This document shows positions 10,201-20,395 of a stretch of DNA of 64,000 nucleotides, one piece after another. The stretch's first letter is position 1, and every line of letters begins with the position of its first letter. The position numbers and the translations under genes were made by a program. The notes beneath the pieces are model-generated. The model saw nothing but the letters and a program-made list of their open reading frames with translations, was not told the origin of the DNA and ran no database searches. The stretch lies in the IMG/VR virus record IMGVR_UViG_3300035522_000179, positions 64,001 through 128,000 of that record. The stretch is one strand, 5' to 3'. The stretch is from a virus. Taxonomy: Duplodnaviria; Caudoviricetes.

Positions 10201-13200
10201 ATGAAAGCTTTCGCTGGTTCTGACGCTGGTAAAGAGGCAAAGAGCTCTGCAAAACTTTTCGGAATGAGTGCTGTTGGATCTGGTGCTGGTATCCTTGCAA
10301 GTTTCTTCACACCTCTTGGACCGATTGGTGGTGCCGCATTGGGACTTGGTGCTTCCATGTTAGCACAAAAAGAAGGATTCCATAAATGGCTCTTCGGTGA
10401 TGAGGATAAGGAAAAAGGCGAGCCTGGTCTGTTAAAGAAGATGGGTAACATCATCGATACTCATGTTATCATGCCTTTAGCAGATACTGCAAAGGACTTC
10501 ATGGATAGCGCAAAAGATGCGATCATTGATAAGATCGTAGATCCTTTGGAAAATCTTTTGGGACCTCTTGCTGGACTTGCAGAAAGTATCCGAGATTCCG
10601 TAAGTGACTTCATGGAAGGAATTAAAGAGAGAGCGAAAAACTTATTTAAAACCATTACAGACAACGCAGTAGATGCTCTTAGTAATGTGACATCGAAAGT
10701 TATGGATTTCATGAAAGGAACAATTTTTGGTAAAATCGCTGGAAAGATTCTTGGAGCTCCTGGAGCTGCAATGAATGCAATCGGAAATAAGATACGAAAA
10801 GGTAACGAAAAGAGATCCTTAAAACGTGTCAAAGGAAAATGGAAAAATAGTAATGCTGGTAAAGAATTTTATGCTGACGTGGATTCTTCATGGGCAAACA
10901 TGTCTGATGAAGAGAAATCTCAGTATGATGATTATGATGATTACTTTAATTCTAGAGCAAAAACAAAATTCTATTATTCCGAAGACAGACGTGGTGAGCA
11001 GGCAAAGGATAGAAAATCTCGAAAAGAGACTCGTGAAGCAAGAAGACAAGAAAGAGCAGACATCACAAATCAAAAGAAGTTAATTGCAAGATTAACTGGT
11101 GGTGCTACGACGGATATCACAGACGAGACAAAACAAGCTGCTCTGAATAACTTCAAAGATTCCAAATACTACGTGAAAAATAAAAAGCTATTAGGAATGA
11201 GTAATGAAGAAGTTATGAGGCTTCTTTCTCCGAAGAAAGATGAAGACGCTGCTAAGACTCAAGAGGAAACGTTGAATAACGCTGAGGAGCAGTTGACTGC
11301 CGCAAAAGAATCTGCTACGAGCCTTAATTCAATTGATACCAAAGTTACTGAGGTCATATCCTATTTAAACCAACGTATTTTTGGTAAAGATGAAAATGAA
11401 CCAGAAAAGGAATATTCTAATCACGACCAAAAATTAATTGATCGAGCTGATAAGAGAAATGCTTCCGCGGAAGCAAATAAGAAATTCGAAGAAGGCTATA
11501 ACGCTGAAAAAGAAAAGAAAGATGCTGAGCGAGCACAGAACGCAATTGATCGGCAAAAAGCAGTTGAACATGGATTTATGTCGGAAGAAGAAGCTGCTGA
11601 GGAACAGGCGGCAGAGGATGAAGACGCAGCTAGAGAAAACCACCAGGGTTTTAAACTTGGGAAGTTTAGAAGAGCTGGGCTTTTTGTAAAATCTATCTTC
11701 AGTAGAAATAAATCTGTTCGAGACAGTGCTTCCGCTGTCCGTAATATGTTAAAAAGCGGAGATGCATCTGGATATGATTTAGAGAATGCTTACAATGCTT
11801 ATCGTGATACGAAAAAAGCTGTAAAGAAAGAAAAGAAAGATTCTAGATTTGCGAAAGCATTTCAAAGGAGAAATCTTGCAGAATCTGTAAAGAATTTTGT
11901 AAAAGCTGGTGGTCGTGCATTCGCTGAAGGCGGTGAAACAGAAGAACCTGGTGTTGTAGCCGTTGGTGAAGAAGGACCTGAACTTGTAAGAGTAAAGGGT
12001 AACGAAGAGATTATCCCGAACGATAAAGCAATCAAAGTTCAAGTGGTTGCAATTGACGATGATGTAACGAAAAAACTGAATGAAGAGAAAAAAGATAACG
12101 CAATCGTGGATGTGAATATCGTAGGTCAGAATGGTTTGCTTGCAACTTACGGTACGAAAGCAACACTGGATGAAAACACTGATAACAAAGCACAGATTGA
12201 AAAAGACTTATCAAAGAAAGATAGTTTGGTAAGTTACGATAACGTAAAAGCTGATAATGATGATGATAATGAAACCGAAGAAAAAGAAGAAAAACAGAGT
12301 TTCTTCTCAAAGATTTTAAGTTTGTTCGGAAGTAGTGGTGGATCTGGATTACTTGGAATTCTTGGTAAAGTTGCAGTTGCAGGTGCTGGAATTTATGCGT
12401 TCTTTAAAAGCGAAACATTGCAGAATATCCTAAAGAGTCTTCTTAGTCTTGGTGGAAAATTGTTAACAAGCCTCGGAACAACAATTGGTGATGTGGCGAC
12501 TGACACCGTTGAGAATGTCAAATGGACTTCTGAAAATAATGCTTATGAGAATGGTGCTGATTTCTCTACCAACCTCAGTAATCAAGCTCAGAGAGCAACA
12601 GCCCTTGCAAGTGGTGACATCGGAACAGCTCTCCTTGGAACCGATGGAGAAGCGGATGGAATTACTAGCGCTGGTCTTAAAGTCGGAAGGAACATCGTGC
12701 AAAAAGTAGCCACCGGTAATACCGGAATGGTTAGAGGAGCTGCATCTCAGGTTAAGTTGGCAAAGAATCTTATCAGTGGAAAAGGATTAGCTGAATCTGT
12801 TACCGATGCAGCTTCTGGTCTGAAAGGTATTTCTGGTGCAGTAGCAAATATGACCAAAAGCGCTGCGGAAGATGGTGCAAAATCTGTTGTCAAAGATGCA
12901 GCGAAAGAAGGTTCTGAAGGAATTTTAAAGAAAGTTCTCGAAAAGATCACGGAAGTTCTAAAAAGTATTGGTGAAACTATTGCTAATAAAGTAAAAGGAA
13001 AAGCCGCAGACATTATAAAACCAGCTCTAAAAGTAGTGGAAGAGGCTTTAGATAAAATCACCAAAGGATTATATGGAAAATTTAAGGATCTGATTGTGAA
13101 AGGTATTAATAAAATACGAAATCTCTTAACTGGAACAGCTGCTGTTGCATCTACTGGCGTTGGACTGATTGGAATTGTTGTACAGAAAGGTGCATTCGTT

Positions 13201-16200
13201 ACGTTAGGTGCACTGAATGCTTCTGGAAAAGCTGGAGCCGCTCATCTGTTTAAATGCCAGCAGGAAGATGTTGACTGGAAAATGAGATTGATCGCAGCAG
13301 CTTGGGGAGGATTCTCACAAACAACCCCAGGATCAATTATCGATATCGTAAATGAAATCTTTGCAGCGATTACAGGTGAGAACCTGATTTGTAGTTTGGC
13401 ATCTTCGTTGTATAAACAAATTTCAGACGATGACGATGACGCAAAACTGGAAGAATCTCAGGCAGCGTTAAAAGAAGATTATCAACAATATCAAGAGAAT
13501 GCATATCAAGAAAGTTATGCACAATATCTAGAAGACAATGGATTGGATGAATCCCAGTTATCTTATGAAGATTATAAGAATGGTGTTTCTTCTGGTGAAA
13601 TTGAAGCAGACATCATGGGATTCGACGAATATAACGATAAAACCAACCAGACTGTCGGTGCGAAACTAATGAATGGTGCTGTTAACGTCGCAAAGACCGT
13701 TGGTGGCGGAATTAAAAAAGTTGGTGGTGCTGTCGTTACTGGTGTGAAGACTGTTGGTAAAGGCGTTGTTAGTGGAGTAAAGGCAGTAGGTAAAGGAGCT
13801 GCTACGATTGCAAAGACCGTTGGTGGTGGAGTAAAAGCCGCTGCATCCTTTGTCGGAAAAGGAATTAAGTCTATCGGAAGTGGAATTGGTAATACAATGA
13901 GTTCTGCAAAAGAAGCATTAGTTGCTTTGAATACCGGTAGAAAAAAGATTGAAGAAGAATTTACCAATGAAGATGGTGATCTTTCTTCTTATATGAAGTT
14001 AGATGCAAATACGTTAAGTGAAGATCATCCGTTCTACGGACTTGTAAACACGATGCTTGGAATTACAAAGATCGTAACCATTCCGAAAATGGTTCTTACC
14101 GGAGTCTTGAAGAAGATCGGTAAATCTGTTGTTAGTAATGTGAAGACACTCATTGGTGGAGTCAAAACATTATTCTCCGCTGGAGTAGATAGCACTGTTA
14201 AGTTACAGCAAATTTCCAAAACCGGCGATCTTTCTGCATTACATGAGTTCGAACCAGAAATAGATGACGAATCTCCTATGGCTGGAGTCGTTCGTGGAAT
14301 TATCGGATTTGAAAAAATGCTTTACTATATTCCTACAGGTGTTAGTTTTGTAGGAAAGAAAATCAAAGACGGCGTTGTTTCAATGCTTGGTGGAGTAAAG
14401 AAAATCTTTTCAACCAATGTGAATAATGCCGCTGAGTTATCAAAAATTGCTGTGAAAGGCGATTTATCTGGATTGCATGAGTACGAGCCCAAGGTAGACG
14501 AAGACGTTCCTTTAGCTGGAATTGTAAAAGCTGTTTCTGGATTCCAGAAGATGTTGTTTTACATTCCTGCGGGAATTAGTTTCGTTGGACATAAGATTGC
14601 CGATGGGGTAGTATCCATTGTTAAAAACATAAAAACGGATTTCACGAATAATGTTAAAAACACTACCGAATTAACAAAAATGGCGGTGAAAGGTGATGTA
14701 TCTGGAATACATTCCTTTGAGCCGGAAGTCAATGAAGATAGTCCTCTTTCCGGAATTATGAGGGGTCTTAATAATGTGGATAAGATCTTCTTCTATATTC
14801 CTGCGGGAATTAGTTTCGTTGGACATAAGATTGCCGATGGAATCAAAGGAATCGTTGACGGTGTCAAGAAAGTGATGAAGACTGGAATTGATAACACATC
14901 TGAATTGATGAAGATATCAAGAACTGGTGATTTCTCTGCATTAGGTCAGTTTGAACCCAAGGTAGACGATGATGTTCCTTTAGCTGGTGTTGTTCGAGGA
15001 CTCGTTGGAATTCAGAAGATCTTCTATTATATTCCTACCGCATTTAGCTTTGTCGGAAAGAAGATTCATGCCGGAATTACAAGCATTGTCGATGGTGTCA
15101 AGAAAGTGATGAAGACCGGAATTGATAACACATCTGAATTGATGAAGATATCAAGAACTGGTGATTTCTCTGCATTAAGTGCTTTCGAACCTCAAGTAGA
15201 CGACGATGTTCCTTTGGCAGGTGTCGTTAAAGGACTTGTCGGAATTGAAAAGATGATTTACTACATTCCTACTGGACTTAGTTTCGTAGGAAAGAAGATT
15301 CATGATGGTATTTCTTCAATGATTGGTGGCATCAAGAAGATGATGTCTTCTAGTCTTGAAAACACATCTCAACTGAAAGAGATTTCCAAAACCGGTGATC
15401 TTAAAGCTCTTGGAAGTTTTGAACCGCAAGTAGATGACGATGTTCCTTTGGCAGGTGTCGTTAAAGGACTTGTCGGAATTGAAAAGATGATTTACTACAT
15501 TCCTGCGGGTATCAGCTTTGTAGGAAAGAAGGTTCATGATGGTATTACGTCGGCTGTAAATGGAATTAAGAAGATGATGTCTTCTAGTCTCGACAACATT
15601 TCACAATTGAAGGAAATCTCTAAAACTGGAGACCTTACTGCATTAGGTCAGTTTGAGCCTCAGGTGGATGACGATGTTCCTTTGGCAGGTGTCGTTAAAG
15701 GACTTGTCGGAATTGAAAAGATGATTTACTACATTCCTACTGGACTTAGTTTCGTAGGAAAGAAGATTCATGATGGTATTACGTCGGCTGTGAATGGTCT
15801 CAAAAAGATAATGACTACGAGTCTTGACAACACGACTCAGCTGAAAGAGATTTCCAAAACCGGTGATTTCTCTGCATTGAATAATTTCGAAGCAGATGTA
15901 GACGATGATGTTCCTTTAGCTGGTGCTGTTCGGGCAATGGTAGGAGTTGAGAAAATATTCTATTATATTCCTACGGCATTCCATTTTGTTGGAAATAAGG
16001 TATCTGATGCATTCCATAGTTTTGTAGATGGAATTCCCAAGATGTTTAAGACATTGAAAAACAGCATGGCAGATCTGAATGATATCGCAAAAGAAGGCGA
16101 CATGGAAGCCCTTGGAAAATACGAAATGGAAATTGATGAAGATACACCAATGTCTGGTTTGATTGGTGGTATTGGATCTATTGCGAAAATACTTTATTAC

Positions 16201-18792
16201 ATTCCTACAACGATTAGTTACGTTGCAAACAAGATAAAAGAGAAATTAGGATTTCTCGGAAATTCCTTGTTTAAGATCTTGAAAAAGGTTGCCATCGGTG
16301 ACAACGATGATCTCGATGACGACGAAGAAGATACCGAAAGCGGAAGTGGTGGTAAAGGTGGATATGGAGGAGTTCCTTTCTATTCCCAAAAAGACCCGAA
16401 ATGGAAAAATATGTCTTATGATAAAGGTGGTTCTGGAGATACCATGGGAACTGCTGGATGCGGTCCTACTGCATTCGCAATGGCAGCTTCTGGAGCTACT
16501 GGAGCAAACATAAATCCTGTACAATCCGCTGCGGTTATGAAAAAAGTAGGTGCTCGCGATGATACGGGTACGAACTGGAGTGGTATCGGTAAAGCAGCAA
16601 ATGCTTACGGTATCAGTTCGAGAATGTCTACATCTCCTTCTACTGGATTTGTAGATTCTGAAATTGCTTCTGGAAATCCTGTTATCTTATCAGGAAGATC
16701 CGGTGGTTATGGCGATACTCCTTATACCCCTCAAGGTCACTATGTAGTGGTAACTGGAAAAGATACAGAAGGAAATTATATTGTGAATGATCCTAATAAG
16801 AAATCGGGAGCTTCTAAATATAATAAGTCTGCAATCATGAAAGAAACCGGTGCGGCTTGGGGTATTGGTGGAAAAGGCAGATCTCTTCGTGGTGGTAGAG
16901 GATTTAGAGGACGTGGAGGTAGAGGTACGGAATCAACCGTTGGTAATGTATACCTGGATGATATGTACAGTGATACCGAGGACGAATCTTACGCTACTTA
17001 TACCGAAGGAAAGAAGAGAGCAACACATACGGCATGGATGAAGATTGTTAAGGCAGTAAAGAGAGCGATTGCAGCTCAATCTCCTGGATACAATCAAAGC
17101 AATTGGATTGATATTACTATTGCAAATAAAACGTTAAAGGTGAGAACAGACTGTTCCGGATTTGTTGGAGCATGTTTGAAATACTTTGGTGTTTTGGACG
17201 ATAACACAAATACAACTTCTTATATGTATGCTAACGCAAACAGTGGTGTTATCAAGAATACTGGATTCACTCCTTACGCTTGGTCAGGATGGGATTCATT
17301 AACAGAGGGTGATATCATTGGAAGAGATGGACATGTTGAAATATTTGCATACAATGAGAATGGTAAACACTATGTATACAACTGCGGAAGTAACGCTTCT
17401 GTAAATAATCCTTCTTCAACTCCAGCAGCATATTCCGCTTATACGACTTACTGGAGGCATATGGATGATCTTCCTGCAAATGCAATTAACACAAGTATGA
17501 TTGAATTGGATGATTCCAAAGCTGGTACAACAACCAGTGGAACGGTTGGAAGTGCTGTTGATTCTTCTGGAGATGCAACAACAGATTCTTCTTCCTCTTC
17601 ATCTAGTACAAGTGGTGGATTCCTGAGTAATATCACAACGTTCTTGTCTGAGTTAGGAACAAGAGCAATTAATGGAATTTCAACTGGAGAATGGAATACA
17701 GATTGGTCTGGTGTCTTTGATGGAAGTGATAGTTCGTCGAGTGATGATGCTACGACTTCAACGGACGACTCTTCTAGTACAGATTCAAGTACATCAGCGT
17801 CCTCTTATTCCAGTACTGCGGATCCTTCAATTGTAAATAATGATATAGCATTAAAAGGATGGAGATACTTTACAAATAATGGATATAGTAAAGCAGCAAC
17901 AGCAGCTATCTTAGGTAACCTTCAGCAGGAATCTAATATAGATCCTACTGCTATTCAAGGAAAGGGAAAAGGACCTGCAGCTGGTATTGCTCAATGGGAA
18001 GACTATAACACTAAAAGTGGAAGATGGTTGGACCTGAAAAACTATGCAGATTCAAAAAACAAAGATTGGACCGATGCTCAAACACAATTTGAGTTTATCG
18101 ATAAAGAGTTACAAGGAAGAACTAACAGGTTCGAAAATGATTATCCGTTTGATAAAAACGATCCATCTAAAGGTACCACACTAGGAAACGCTGGAGCAAC
18201 CACTACTACATTTGAAGATTGGAAAAAGTCAACAGACGTAGATATGGCAACGAGACAGTTTGAGGGTGCTTTCGAAGTAGCTGGAAAACCTATAATGGAA
18301 AATAGAATTAAGTATGCAAATGGATATTATAAAACCTATGGAAATGGACTGAGTAGTGGTAATATTTCTACTGTTGGTGTAGTTGGTCTGGATGATATGT
18401 ACAGTGCAACAGATGAAGAACTCAGTGCAGGAAAAGGTGGTAAAGGTGGATATGGAGGTTTCGGAGAAGCAATATCCGAAGAAAGCTCTATGTCTAGATC
18501 CGTAAACACACTTGCTAATTCTACGAGCTCTGACTTTAATAATACAAGTGATGTATTAAACAACAGTGATGTTGTGAAATACCTGTCACAGATCGTTACG
18601 ATACTTACGGAATCAAATGGTAAATTGGATGGACTGAAAGATATTAAAAATCTTTCTGGAACAACGAATGTTTACCAGTCCAATACCACAAATAATAACA
18701 ATTTAGAAAAGTCAACTGGAACTTCCAGTGCTTCAAAAACAGATGTATCTAAGAGGTTATTGCATCAGAAAATAGCCGCTGATGGTATCTAA
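7258..18792 (+). CDS. Tape-measure-like protein with C-terminal C39-like peptidase, NlpC/P60/CHAP-like and tail lysozyme domains
   Basis: ~3,840 aa, helical, with Gly-rich hydrophobic stretches; FAEGG...VGEEGPELV; YSQKD..GCGPT..GHYVV..NDP; DCSGFV..GHVEI; AAILGNLQQES..GIAQW. Confidence 0.85.
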   Translation: MAGNKREIKPTDSYQTRSFKLNAQWLKNATKSIGSNAAEVLSDVTPSLYSAASTSADIVRSIKGSSATSKNVKKLIDNNTYVKNARKAISNAFKDLSTGNFNNTDRFGDVDDGKSHTYMSDFDDGAEGEGSNQTVINFNPEGLNSINSSINNQTKAQLQAAKANADIVVATSSAMMTMNQKNAEATLNMLSNINNGIQALVKYNNDTMTNFIQSSMGFYDAIGKAYTSNKNDKKNDEDKRLGFKDILDANGNLKGKDLVKLLGQNTKDAFNTSMVGTLKTMLDTGMDNIVSNPLNVISTVLMKKILPEKIEKSMKSLDKTFASFTTEMLLKASDYFDNLDDGPLAQFGGFLGKSLNIGTDRKSKFKTGGKVTKDAAVFDGITQHAITTEIPKYLRESTSYLRQLVALNGGDPDKALKNSEIFNRETGTFDKYGEYMKDMMGSINESIINTFNDSELGKNLTKVLNSNVIGNNDKESFQELINKFYLAMEKDDRKVLDINRGKDISDIIDGIAGNSKLKDILEESVYSAIDLGEGNLGVNSIRHKARSSRNDRIEELETNNLSDLSTFVKNGNTIDDAIAAVLYGDDGRATQAQNVNPNSVMGHLKSIEDLLYRGINVKVVKDFGDTNGIFDLFGSRRNNSTQTTDSTTPQSNDSDSKLDESAIKDVLAAEESNGSNDGNTSRFIQDNSKRLKNMMHFMITGNTGLAYKEMGGMFGSTISNLGSKLNNSVLEPLKKKIFGDKKEDENGEKEESIFEGVKRVFNNVKKETHDFIFGSKEEGNEKEGIVQKGASLFKEGFEGWKLAIFGSDDEAQKFKEKAQKTLKDRAKSTGMGAVAGAGLGVTMGGVLGNLVGGPLAGAVLGAATGFISKSSKFQEIVFGRESDGQGGFKDGEDENAGIINKKTREFFKNNKTDFIGGGVVGAGLGALTGGGLLGTLVGGPVAGALMGTAVQMVRKSSAFQDMWLGKEDEEGKRSGGMKERLMKAFAGSDAGKEAKSSAKLFGMSAVGSGAGILASFFTPLGPIGGAALGLGASMLAQKEGFHKWLFGDEDKEKGEPGLLKKMGNIIDTHVIMPLADTAKDFMDSAKDAIIDKIVDPLENLLGPLAGLAESIRDSVSDFMEGIKERAKNLFKTITDNAVDALSNVTSKVMDFMKGTIFGKIAGKILGAPGAAMNAIGNKIRKGNEKRSLKRVKGKWKNSNAGKEFYADVDSSWANMSDEEKSQYDDYDDYFNSRAKTKFYYSEDRRGEQAKDRKSRKETREARRQERADITNQKKLIARLTGGATTDITDETKQAALNNFKDSKYYVKNKKLLGMSNEEVMRLLSPKKDEDAAKTQEETLNNAEEQLTAAKESATSLNSIDTKVTEVISYLNQRIFGKDENEPEKEYSNHDQKLIDRADKRNASAEANKKFEEGYNAEKEKKDAERAQNAIDRQKAVEHGFMSEEEAAEEQAAEDEDAARENHQGFKLGKFRRAGLFVKSIFSRNKSVRDSASAVRNMLKSGDASGYDLENAYNAYRDTKKAVKKEKKDSRFAKAFQRRNLAESVKNFVKAGGRAFAEGGETEEPGVVAVGEEGPELVRVKGNEEIIPNDKAIKVQVVAIDDDVTKKLNEEKKDNAIVDVNIVGQNGLLATYGTKATLDENTDNKAQIEKDLSKKDSLVSYDNVKADNDDDNETEEKEEKQSFFSKILSLFGSSGGSGLLGILGKVAVAGAGIYAFFKSETLQNILKSLLSLGGKLLTSLGTTIGDVATDTVENVKWTSENNAYENGADFSTNLSNQAQRATALASGDIGTALLGTDGEADGITSAGLKVGRNIVQKVATGNTGMVRGAASQVKLAKNLISGKGLAESVTDAASGLKGISGAVANMTKSAAEDGAKSVVKDAAKEGSEGILKKVLEKITEVLKSIGETIANKVKGKAADIIKPALKVVEEALDKITKGLYGKFKDLIVKGINKIRNLLTGTAAVASTGVGLIGIVVQKGAFVTLGALNASGKAGAAHLFKCQQEDVDWKMRLIAAAWGGFSQTTPGSIIDIVNEIFAAITGENLICSLASSLYKQISDDDDDAKLEESQAALKEDYQQYQENAYQESYAQYLEDNGLDESQLSYEDYKNGVSSGEIEADIMGFDEYNDKTNQTVGAKLMNGAVNVAKTVGGGIKKVGGAVVTGVKTVGKGVVSGVKAVGKGAATIAKTVGGGVKAAASFVGKGIKSIGSGIGNTMSSAKEALVALNTGRKKIEEEFTNEDGDLSSYMKLDANTLSEDHPFYGLVNTMLGITKIVTIPKMVLTGVLKKIGKSVVSNVKTLIGGVKTLFSAGVDSTVKLQQISKTGDLSALHEFEPEIDDESPMAGVVRGIIGFEKMLYYIPTGVSFVGKKIKDGVVSMLGGVKKIFSTNVNNAAELSKIAVKGDLSGLHEYEPKVDEDVPLAGIVKAVSGFQKMLFYIPAGISFVGHKIADGVVSIVKNIKTDFTNNVKNTTELTKMAVKGDVSGIHSFEPEVNEDSPLSGIMRGLNNVDKIFFYIPAGISFVGHKIADGIKGIVDGVKKVMKTGIDNTSELMKISRTGDFSALGQFEPKVDDDVPLAGVVRGLVGIQKIFYYIPTAFSFVGKKIHAGITSIVDGVKKVMKTGIDNTSELMKISRTGDFSALSAFEPQVDDDVPLAGVVKGLVGIEKMIYYIPTGLSFVGKKIHDGISSMIGGIKKMMSSSLENTSQLKEISKTGDLKALGSFEPQVDDDVPLAGVVKGLVGIEKMIYYIPAGISFVGKKVHDGITSAVNGIKKMMSSSLDNISQLKEISKTGDLTALGQFEPQVDDDVPLAGVVKGLVGIEKMIYYIPTGLSFVGKKIHDGITSAVNGLKKIMTTSLDNTTQLKEISKTGDFSALNNFEADVDDDVPLAGAVRAMVGVEKIFYYIPTAFHFVGNKVSDAFHSFVDGIPKMFKTLKNSMADLNDIAKEGDMEALGKYEMEIDEDTPMSGLIGGIGSIAKILYYIPTTISYVANKIKEKLGFLGNSLFKILKKVAIGDNDDLDDDEEDTESGSGGKGGYGGVPFYSQKDPKWKNMSYDKGGSGDTMGTAGCGPTAFAMAASGATGANINPVQSAAVMKKVGARDDTGTNWSGIGKAANAYGISSRMSTSPSTGFVDSEIASGNPVILSGRSGGYGDTPYTPQGHYVVVTGKDTEGNYIVNDPNKKSGASKYNKSAIMKETGAAWGIGGKGRSLRGGRGFRGRGGRGTESTVGNVYLDDMYSDTEDESYATYTEGKKRATHTAWMKIVKAVKRAIAAQSPGYNQSNWIDITIANKTLKVRTDCSGFVGACLKYFGVLDDNTNTTSYMYANANSGVIKNTGFTPYAWSGWDSLTEGDIIGRDGHVEIFAYNENGKHYVYNCGSNASVNNPSSTPAAYSAYTTYWRHMDDLPANAINTSMIELDDSKAGTTTSGTVGSAVDSSGDATTDSSSSSSSTSGGFLSNITTFLSELGTRAINGISTGEWNTDWSGVFDGSDSSSSDDATTSTDDSSSTDSSTSASSYSSTADPSIVNNDIALKGWRYFTNNGYSKAATAAILGNLQQESNIDPTAIQGKGKGPAAGIAQWEDYNTKSGRWLDLKNYADSKNKDWTDAQTQFEFIDKELQGRTNRFENDYPFDKNDPSKGTTLGNAGATTTTFEDWKKSTDVDMATRQFEGAFEVAGKPIMENRIKYANGYYKTYGNGLSSGNISTVGVVGLDDMYSATDEELSAGKGGKGGYGGFGEAISEESSMSRSVNTLANSTSSDFNNTSDVLNNSDVVKYLSQIVTILTESNGKLDGLKDIKNLSGTTNVYQSNTTNNNNLEKSTGTSSASKTDVSKRLLHQKIAADGI
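13960..16250 (+). repeat. About 10 tandem 234-bp (78-aa) coding repeats
   Basis: gatgttcctt recurs at 15205, 15439, 15673 and 15907; YYIP-type motif occurs ten times. Confidence 0.9.
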
Positions 18793-18802
18793 ACTTTCAA
18801 AA

Positions 18803-18842
18803 AACAAGTTCATAAGGAGTCTAACCCACTCCTTATGAACTT
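18803..18842 (+). promoter_or_regulatory. Late-type promoter overlapping a 15-bp hairpin
   Basis: aaca agttca taa; aagttcataaggagt...actccttatgaactt. Confidence 0.65.
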
Positions 18843-18863
18843 TTGTATTTAGGAGGTGAAAAT

Positions 18864-20378
18864 ATGCCAACATACACAGGTGGATCTTCTTCTAATATCA
18901 AAACGATGAATTTAGGAGAGACTGGAACGGTTACAACCAATATGAGACTTTTTGGTTTACCTTACCAGTTCACATCAACAGTAGATCCTAGAATTAGAAC
19001 AACCTCTGAAAAGGTTGGATATAATTATATTGAAAAGATTTTATTGACTGCTCCTACGGTATTTATTATCCCTGGGAAGTCTGTATTCTTACCAAACGTA
19101 AAAAAGAGTGAGAGAGAATCTACCGCTCATGCATTGTTGGAAGCGTCTAATAACAGTTTCCAACCTTTATTGAACAAGGTTTCAGACAAATCCTCTCATA
19201 AATTACGATATTATGATTTTCAGGAATCTTATACGGAATACATGAAGTATGTTAATGCCATGTGTAGAACCGTTGCTGTATTTTTGGAGTTAACTGAATC
19301 CTTGGATGGAACCTCTTTACAGCAATACTCTTGGCAGAACTATCGATTCAACAAAGAGAAATATGCAAGTGGAGCTATCAGTACAGCCAGTTATGTAATT
19401 GGAAGTACACTAAGCATTATCCGAAGTGCTTGGAGTAAGTTTTCAAACGCAATTCGAGGAACCAGTGTATCTGATTTGGATATTTCAAAGACACTTAATG
19501 TTTCTTCTTCCTCTTCTGAAGCAAAAACATGCAACTTCGTTCAGTTTTATGTAGATCCAAGTGCTAGTGTACAACAAAGCATTGGCAATGAAACCTCTTC
19601 CAGTACTATCAAATCTGGTTTGGATAGTTTGTCAAGTACCGTAAGAGAATATACCTCTGTTGCGCAAGCCGCTGGTCTCGACTTAACTGGATTGGAAGAT
19701 CTTACGTCAAGTGGATTGGATGCATTGTCTCAAACTGCGGGAAATAGTAGTGTAGGAAAGATTTTAAGCCAGGTTCTTTCTGCTGGTTCTGCTGTGGTAA
19801 AAGGAGATAACATCATGCTCCCTGAGATCTATCAATCTTCAAGTTATGGTGTTTCTTATGGAATTAATATTCATTTGAAGAGTCCTTATGGAGATAAATA
19901 TGCAGTATACACAGACGTTATTGTTCCTTTGTTACATTTACTCGCTCTTTGTATTCCTAGACAGGGTACAGCAAATACATATGGATCACCGTTTTTGGTA
20001 AAATGTTATTTCCCTGGAGTATTTAACTGCAACCTTGGAATCGTAGAATCTATGGATATCACAAGACCTTCCTCAGATGATGCGTGGAGTGTTGATGGAT
20101 TACCTACGGAAATTGATGTAGAGTTACGTATCAAAGATCTTTATTCGGATCTGATTATGAGTCCTTCCAATGATCCAAACCTGTTTCAGAATAATACTTC
20201 TTTGATTGATTATCTTGCAACGATTTCTGGTTTGTCCTTAATTGAACCACAGATGTCAACGAGAGCAGAGATGTGGATCAATAACTGGGGATCTGCAATT
20301 CGTGATATTGATGATAATGTCAAAGCAGGAATTTTGGATACCATTGAAAGAAAGTTTTCTGGATTTTTATCTTTATAA
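18864..20378 (+). CDS. Probable tail or baseplate structural protein
   Basis: GGAGGTG RBS; follows the tape measure gene; C-terminal beta-rich region PFLVK...GLPTEIDVELRIKDL. Confidence 0.6.
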   Translation: MPTYTGGSSSNIKTMNLGETGTVTTNMRLFGLPYQFTSTVDPRIRTTSEKVGYNYIEKILLTAPTVFIIPGKSVFLPNVKKSERESTAHALLEASNNSFQPLLNKVSDKSSHKLRYYDFQESYTEYMKYVNAMCRTVAVFLELTESLDGTSLQQYSWQNYRFNKEKYASGAISTASYVIGSTLSIIRSAWSKFSNAIRGTSVSDLDISKTLNVSSSSSEAKTCNFVQFYVDPSASVQQSIGNETSSSTIKSGLDSLSSTVREYTSVAQAAGLDLTGLEDLTSSGLDALSQTAGNSSVGKILSQVLSAGSAVVKGDNIMLPEIYQSSSYGVSYGINIHLKSPYGDKYAVYTDVIVPLLHLLALCIPRQGTANTYGSPFLVKCYFPGVFNCNLGIVESMDITRPSSDDAWSVDGLPTEIDVELRIKDLYSDLIMSPSNDPNLFQNNTSLIDYLATISGLSLIEPQMSTRAEMWINNWGSAIRDIDDNVKAGILDTIERKFSGFLSL

Positions 20379-20395
20379 AAGGAAAAGAAACAACC

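Noticed and set aside
13960-16250. CRISPR array or DGR template/variable repeat
   Set aside because: Repeats are contiguous, in frame and lack unique spacers. Differences are not adenine-specific and no reverse transcriptase is present.
8046-18563. Many antisense or alternative-frame ORFs inside the tape measure gene, and similar ones such as 21228-22037 and 35910-36722
   Set aside because: Shadow ORFs produced by codon bias of the real gene, with no RBS or motifs.
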